Assembly: GCA_026625185.1 (NCBI GenBank)
Contig: CP113000.1
Span: forward strand, 3,132,651 to 3,164,650
Reading direction: 5' to 3'
DNA length: 32,000 bases
Source: Thermodesulfobacteriota bacterium
GTDB lineage: Bacteria > Desulfobacterota > WTBG01 > JAGOGO01
The notes beneath the pieces are model-generated. The model was not told the origin of the DNA. It saw nothing but the letters and a program-made list of their open reading frames with translations, and made no database searches. A program made the position numbers and the translations under genes. The first letter of the stretch is position 1, and each line of letters starts with the position of its first letter. Below, one piece after another: positions 27,799 to 32,000 of this stretch.

Positions 27799-28401
27799 TT
27801 ATTGAGTTACAGTTTGCCCTTCTATTTTTTGCATTTCTTTCCACGTATAGTAAATCCTTTGAATCACCGTAACATGAGTAAAGACAGCCAACACCCAAAG
27901 CGCAACCGGCATAATATTAAAAATGCTGCCGAGAGCAAGCAAGATCATTCTTTCGGCTCTTTCCATTAGTCCAATATTACACTGTCTGAGAAAAATCTCC
28001 GCCTTGGCCCGAGAATACGGTATCAACAAGGAACCCATCAGTACTATCAGCGTAAGGAAGATGTAGCCCAATGCTTCATGTCGAATATAGTACCAGATAA
28101 TCCCACTCAGGAGAAACGTATCGGAATAGCGGTCAATAACTGAATCTAAAAAACCGCCAAATTTTGTAACCCGGTTTGAAACGCGGGCCACTGCCCCATC
28201 AAAAATATCAAAAAATCCTCCTAAACATATGAGACAGCCCCCCGTTATCCAATGTCCCATTCCTAAATAAAAACCTGCCCCGATATTAATAAAAAGACCG
28301 GCAATGGTTAAAAAATGAGGGTTTATTTTTTTCCCAAAAAGAGTCTGGGCAATCCGGGAAAGAACATTATCTAAACGATGTCCCAACTTTTCACTAATCA
28401 T
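27799..28401 (-). CDS. CDP-alcohol phosphatidyltransferase family protein
   Basis: The signature D-x2-DG-x2-AR-x8-G-x3-D-x3-D is present in FDIFDGAVARVSNRVTKFGGFLDSVIDRYSD. Multi-TM, 200 aa. Confidence 0.88.
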   Translation of the reverse strand: MISEKLGHRLDNVLSRIAQTLFGKKINPHFLTIAGLFINIGAGFYLGMGHWITGGCLICLGGFFDIFDGAVARVSNRVTKFGGFLDSVIDRYSDTFLLSGIIWYYIRHEALGYIFLTLIVLMGSLLIPYSRAKAEIFLRQCNIGLMERAERMILLALGSIFNIMPVALWVLAVFTHVTVIQRIYYTWKEMQKIEGQTVTQ

Positions 28402-28488
28402 TTAAATGCAGTAGCCGGTAAAGGTTATCGTCATGAAACGTTTTATAGATTATTGTATCCACTTTCGTCAATAACTCAAGCATAAAAT

Positions 28489-28535
28489 AAAAAGCTGCCG
28501 ATTATCTTAAAACAAAAGGTAATGGCAGCTTTTTG
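28489..28535 (-). terminator. rho-independent terminator downstream of dnaK (symmetric A/T flanks, possibly bidirectional)
   Basis: The minus strand reads AAAAAGCTGCCATTA...TAATCGGCAGCTTTTTTATTTT, starting 15 nt after the dnaK stop. Confidence 0.55.
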
Positions 28536-28549
28536 AGTTTAAGGATCAA

Positions 28550-30442
28550 TTATTTTTCTTCAAATTCGGCATCGACCACATCTCCTTCGCTCTGTGGTCG
28601 TCCTCCTTCTGATGCTCCTCCTGCCTGATTTTGCTGCTGTTTATTGGCGGATTGATAAATAACCTCCGCTAAACGATGGGAAGCTTTATTGAGTTCTTCG
28701 ATTTTATTTTTTATACTGCCGGCGTCTCCACTGTTAATCGCATCCTTAGCGGCCTGGATAGCATCTTCTACTGCTTTCACGTCAGGTTCAGGCAATTTAT
28801 CCCGGTTTTCCTTGAGTATTTTTTCAGTGTTATATACCAGTGAATCGGCTTGGTTTCTAAGTTCTATTTCCTGTCGTCTCTTTTTATCTTCCTCCGCATG
28901 CTGTTCAGCATCCTTTACCATTTTATCAATTTCATCTTTGTGAAGGCCACTTGAGGCAGTAATAGTAATTTTTTGTTCTTTTCCCGTCCCCATATCTTTT
29001 GCCGAAACATTTACAATACCATTGGCATCAATGTCGAAGGTGACCTCAATTTGGGGAATGCCTCTGGGGGCCGGGGGAATCCCAACTAAATGAAATCGTC
29101 CCAACGTCCGATTGTCCCGGGCCATCTCCCGTTCACCCTGGAGCACATGGATTTCAACACTCGTCTGACTGTCCGCCGCTGTAGTAAATATTTCGCTCTT
29201 TCGGGTGGGGATGGTAGTATTCCTCTCTATCAGCTTTGTGGCCACACCGCCTAATGTTTCGATACCCAATGAAAGAGGAGTCACATCCAACAAGAGCACA
29301 TCTTTGACCTCTCCTGCCAGAACCCCAGCCTGAACCGCAGCTCCTAAAGCTACCACTTCATCAGGATTAACCCCTTTGTGCGGCTCTTTCTCAAAAAGTT
29401 CTTTCACCAATTGCTGAACTTTCGGTATCCGCGTTGAACCGCCAACCAATACTGCTTCATTAATATCCGCTGGTTTTAAACCTCCATCTTTTATCGCCTG
29501 CAGGCAAGGACCGCGCGACTTTTCAATAATATCCTCTATCATCTGCTCTAACCTGGCCCGCGTTAACTTCATCAAGAGGTGTTTGGGGCCGGAAGCATCC
29601 GCCGTGATAAAGGGGAGGTTAATTTCGGTTTCCAGGGTCGTAGATAACTCCATTTTTGCTTTTTCGGCTGCTTCTTTCAGCCGCTGCAACGCCATGCGGT
29701 CTTTGCTTAAATCTATCCCCTGTTCTTTCTTGAACTCAGCCACCAACCAGTCAATAATTCGTTGGTCAATGTTGTCTCCTCCCAGATGAGTGTCACCATT
29801 GGTCGATTTAACCTCGACAACATTATCACCTACCTCGAGGGTGGAAATGTCAAACGTACCGCCGCCAAAATCATACACTGCAATGATCTCGTCTTTTTTC
29901 TTATCCAAGCCGTAGGCTAATGCAGCAGCGGTTGGCTCATTGATAATTCTTAACACATTAAGCCCGGCAATTTTCCCTGCATCTTTAGTTGCTTGGCGCT
30001 GGCTGTCGTTGAAATAAGCCGGAACCGTTATTACGGCATCATTCACTTTTTCTCCCAGGTAAGCCTCTGCCGAGTGTTTTAACTTTCCAAGTATCATCGC
30101 GGAAATTTCAGGAGGGGAATACTGTTTCCCCATTGCCTCGACCCGGGCATCGCCATTAGAGGCGCGCACTACCTTGTAAGGAACCATCTTTATTTCTTCA
30201 GTAACTTCATCGTGCCTTCGGCCCATGAAGCGCTTGATCGAATAGATTGTGTTTTCCGGGTTCGTTGTTGCTTGTCTTTTTGCCACCTGGCCGACCAGAA
30301 TCTCGCCATCCTTGGTAAAAGCAACCACTGAGGGGGTCAAACGGCTGCCCTCTTCATTTACAATTACCTTTGGTTCTCCGCCTTCAATAACTGCCACTAC
30401 CGAATTAGTTGTTCCTAAATCAATGCCGATAACCTTAGCCAT
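28550..30442 (-). CDS. dnaK: molecular chaperone DnaK (Hsp70)
   Basis: [18 protein letters not shown]..., DLGGGTFD and the rest of the Hsp70 sequence. GGAGG lies 7 nt upstream of the ATG at 30442. The track ORF adds 7 unlikely codons (to 30463). Confidence 0.97.
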   Translation of the reverse strand: MAKVIGIDLGTTNSVVAVIEGGEPKVIVNEEGSRLTPSVVAFTKDGEILVGQVAKRQATTNPENTIYSIKRFMGRRHDEVTEEIKMVPYKVVRASNGDARVEAMGKQYSPPEISAMILGKLKHSAEAYLGEKVNDAVITVPAYFNDSQRQATKDAGKIAGLNVLRIINEPTAAALAYGLDKKKDEIIAVYDFGGGTFDISTLEVGDNVVEVKSTNGDTHLGGDNIDQRIIDWLVAEFKKEQGIDLSKDRMALQRLKEAAEKAKMELSTTLETEINLPFITADASGPKHLLMKLTRARLEQMIEDIIEKSRGPCLQAIKDGGLKPADINEAVLVGGSTRIPKVQQLVKELFEKEPHKGVNPDEVVALGAAVQAGVLAGEVKDVLLLDVTPLSLGIETLGGVATKLIERNTTIPTRKSEIFTTAADSQTSVEIHVLQGEREMARDNRTLGRFHLVGIPPAPRGIPQIEVTFDIDANGIVNVSAKDMGTGKEQKITITASSGLHKDEIDKMVKDAEQHAEEDKKRRQEIELRNQADSLVYNTEKILKENRDKLPEPDVKAVEDAIQAAKDAINSGDAGSIKNKIEELNKASHRLAEVIYQSANKQQQNQAGGASEGGRPQSEGDVVDAEFEEK

Positions 30443-30537
30443 GTAAATACCTCCTTTTTCCATTTTTTCAATTTTATTTAGATTAGTTATCTTTTGCCTT
30501 TTGAAAAATTTTTCTTTTGGAAGGTAATCATTTTTCG

Positions 30538-31917
30538 TTAAATGTCAACCAGTGAGGAGATGTTATTTTCTACTTCCCGACCGTAGGCAAAAGGTTCAAA
30601 CTTAGTAAATGCATCCAAAAACGCTAATTTTTTAAATCCGATGGGACCATTACGCTGTTTTCCAATGATTATTTCCGCAATCCCTTTATCAGGACTGTTA
30701 TCATCATAAACCTCATCCCGATAAATAAAAATGATAACATCCGCATCCTGCTCGATTGCCCCTGATTCCCTGAGATCAGCCAGCTGGGGCCGCTTGTTTT
30801 GTCGGTCTTCAACCTTTCGATTCAACTGCGAAAGCGCTATAACCGGAATATTAAGTTCTTTTGCTAACCCTTTAAGTGAGCGAGATATAGAGGAAATCTC
30901 CTGTTCCCGGCTTTCAGCGCCTCCTTTTTTTTCCATTAACTGGAGGTAGTCAACAATAATTAACCCTAATTTTTGATCCTTCTTAAGCCTCCTGGCTTTA
31001 GCTCTCATCTCAAGGACATTAATTCCGGCGCTATCATCAACAAAAATTGGGGCTTCTGAAAGTGTCCCTGCAGCCCGGGTAAGTTTAGGCCAATCACTCT
31101 CAGTTAAAAAACCGCCTCTCAGTTTATGGGCATTAATTTTTCCTTCTGAACACAGCATGCGGATGGCAATTTGTTCTTTAGACATTTCTAATGAAAATAT
31201 TGCCACCGGAATATTCTTTTCTACTGCCGCATTGCGGGCAATATTGAGGGCAAAACTCGTCTTTCCCATGCTCGGGCGACCGGCAATAATAATCAGATCT
31301 GAGTCTTGAAAACCTGAGGTTAACGCATCTAAATCATGAAACCCTGAAGGCACACCCGTTATAAGCTCATGTCTTTCATAGAGTTTTTCGATAGTCAAAA
31401 AACTGCTCTTCAGTATCTCGCGAAGAGGATAAAAAGAGGGTTTGATTTGATATTCACTTATGCGGAAAATGCTGTTTTCCGCAAAATCAAGGAGATTATC
31501 AATATCCTCGCCGTGTTCGTAGCCGCGGCTAACAATTTCGGTAGCCGCAGTAATTGTTTTTCTCAAAATAGATTTTTCTCGCACAATCTTGGCATAATGA
31601 AGCACGTTTGCTGAGGTAGGAATGTTATCAACCAGAGAAGAAAGATAAGACGCCCCCCCGATATCATCCAGTTGTTTTTTCTGAGTAAGGTTTTCGGTTA
31701 AGGTAATCAAGTCTGATGGTTCATTTTTATTGTAAAGTTCAATCATTCCGGTAAAGATTTTTCGGTGAGCTTCGCGGTAGAAATCATACCCATCAATGAT
31801 CTCGATAATCTGATGAAACGCTTCATTATCTAAAAGAATTGCCCCAAGGACAGCTTGTTCAGCTTCAATGCTTTGCGGAGGGATTTTATTGAATAAAGAA
31901 TCGTCGTGTGCCTTCAT
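30538..31917 (-). CDS. dnaB: replicative DNA helicase DnaB
   Basis: [19 protein letters not shown]-terminus, Walker [14 protein letters not shown], and the IIVDYLQLM and SQLNR motifs. The track start at 31956 is a TTG. The ATG at 31917 (MKAHDDSLF...) is preferred. The size is normal, so no intein. Confidence 0.95.
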   Translation of the reverse strand: MKAHDDSLFNKIPPQSIEAEQAVLGAILLDNEAFHQIIEIIDGYDFYREAHRKIFTGMIELYNKNEPSDLITLTENLTQKKQLDDIGGASYLSSLVDNIPTSANVLHYAKIVREKSILRKTITAATEIVSRGYEHGEDIDNLLDFAENSIFRISEYQIKPSFYPLREILKSSFLTIEKLYERHELITGVPSGFHDLDALTSGFQDSDLIIIAGRPSMGKTSFALNIARNAAVEKNIPVAIFSLEMSKEQIAIRMLCSEGKINAHKLRGGFLTESDWPKLTRAAGTLSEAPIFVDDSAGINVLEMRAKARRLKKDQKLGLIIVDYLQLMEKKGGAESREQEISSISRSLKGLAKELNIPVIALSQLNRKVEDRQNKRPQLADLRESGAIEQDADVIIFIYRDEVYDDNSPDKGIAEIIIGKQRNGPIGFKKLAFLDAFTKFEPFAYGREVENNISSLVDI

Positions 31918-32000
31918 GTGACAAACCTTTTCTTTAAAAATAGTTTGAGCCCTCAACTATTAAGCCAGTTGAACCCAAAAAAGAATGTGGCTCAATCTCC

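Overview
This is a chromosomal segment of a bacterium with moderate to low GC. The lineage cannot be fixed from the sequence alone, though the gene set suggests an anaerobe. Most of the window is ordinary housekeeping DNA. It holds a partial mnmG and dnaJ. A long minus-strand string follows: an rlmD-like methyltransferase, then a Moco riboswitch with moaA-moaC, then queA-tgt-yajC-secD-secF, then moeA. The rest is HIT, phosphoesterase and YkgJ-type genes, a D-aminoacylase, a Tat-signal DUF362 protein paired with a membrane polyferredoxin, ispE followed by tRNA-Gln, a DUF1844 protein, a ClpA-like ATPase, a CDP-alcohol phosphatidyltransferase, dnaK and dnaB. I saw no CRISPR array, transposase, integrase or recognisable defence gene, so I cannot name a known accessory system. 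The unusual content is mostly non-coding. (1) A ~125-nt intergenic element with terminal inverted repeats occurs three times within 6 kb. (2) One copy is nested inside the putative Moco riboswitch upstream of moaA, whose expression platform also carries a 19-codon leader ORF and a terminator hairpin. (3) A second repeat family (~106 nt, ending in a hairpin plus T-tract) brackets the DUF362/polyferredoxin operon in direct orientation. (4) An AT-richer, ORF-poor stretch of about 3.7 kb (20102-23769) lies beside the 3' end of tRNA-Gln. It contains a lipoprotein gene, a 225-aa protein with a C-terminal primase-type CHC2 zinc finger fused to an unrecognised N-terminal region, several tiny ORFs, and 0.8 kb of ORF-free DNA with orphan terminators and repeated half-palindromes. 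Every functional interpretation of the non-coding elements is inference. The decisive computations are listed with each finding.
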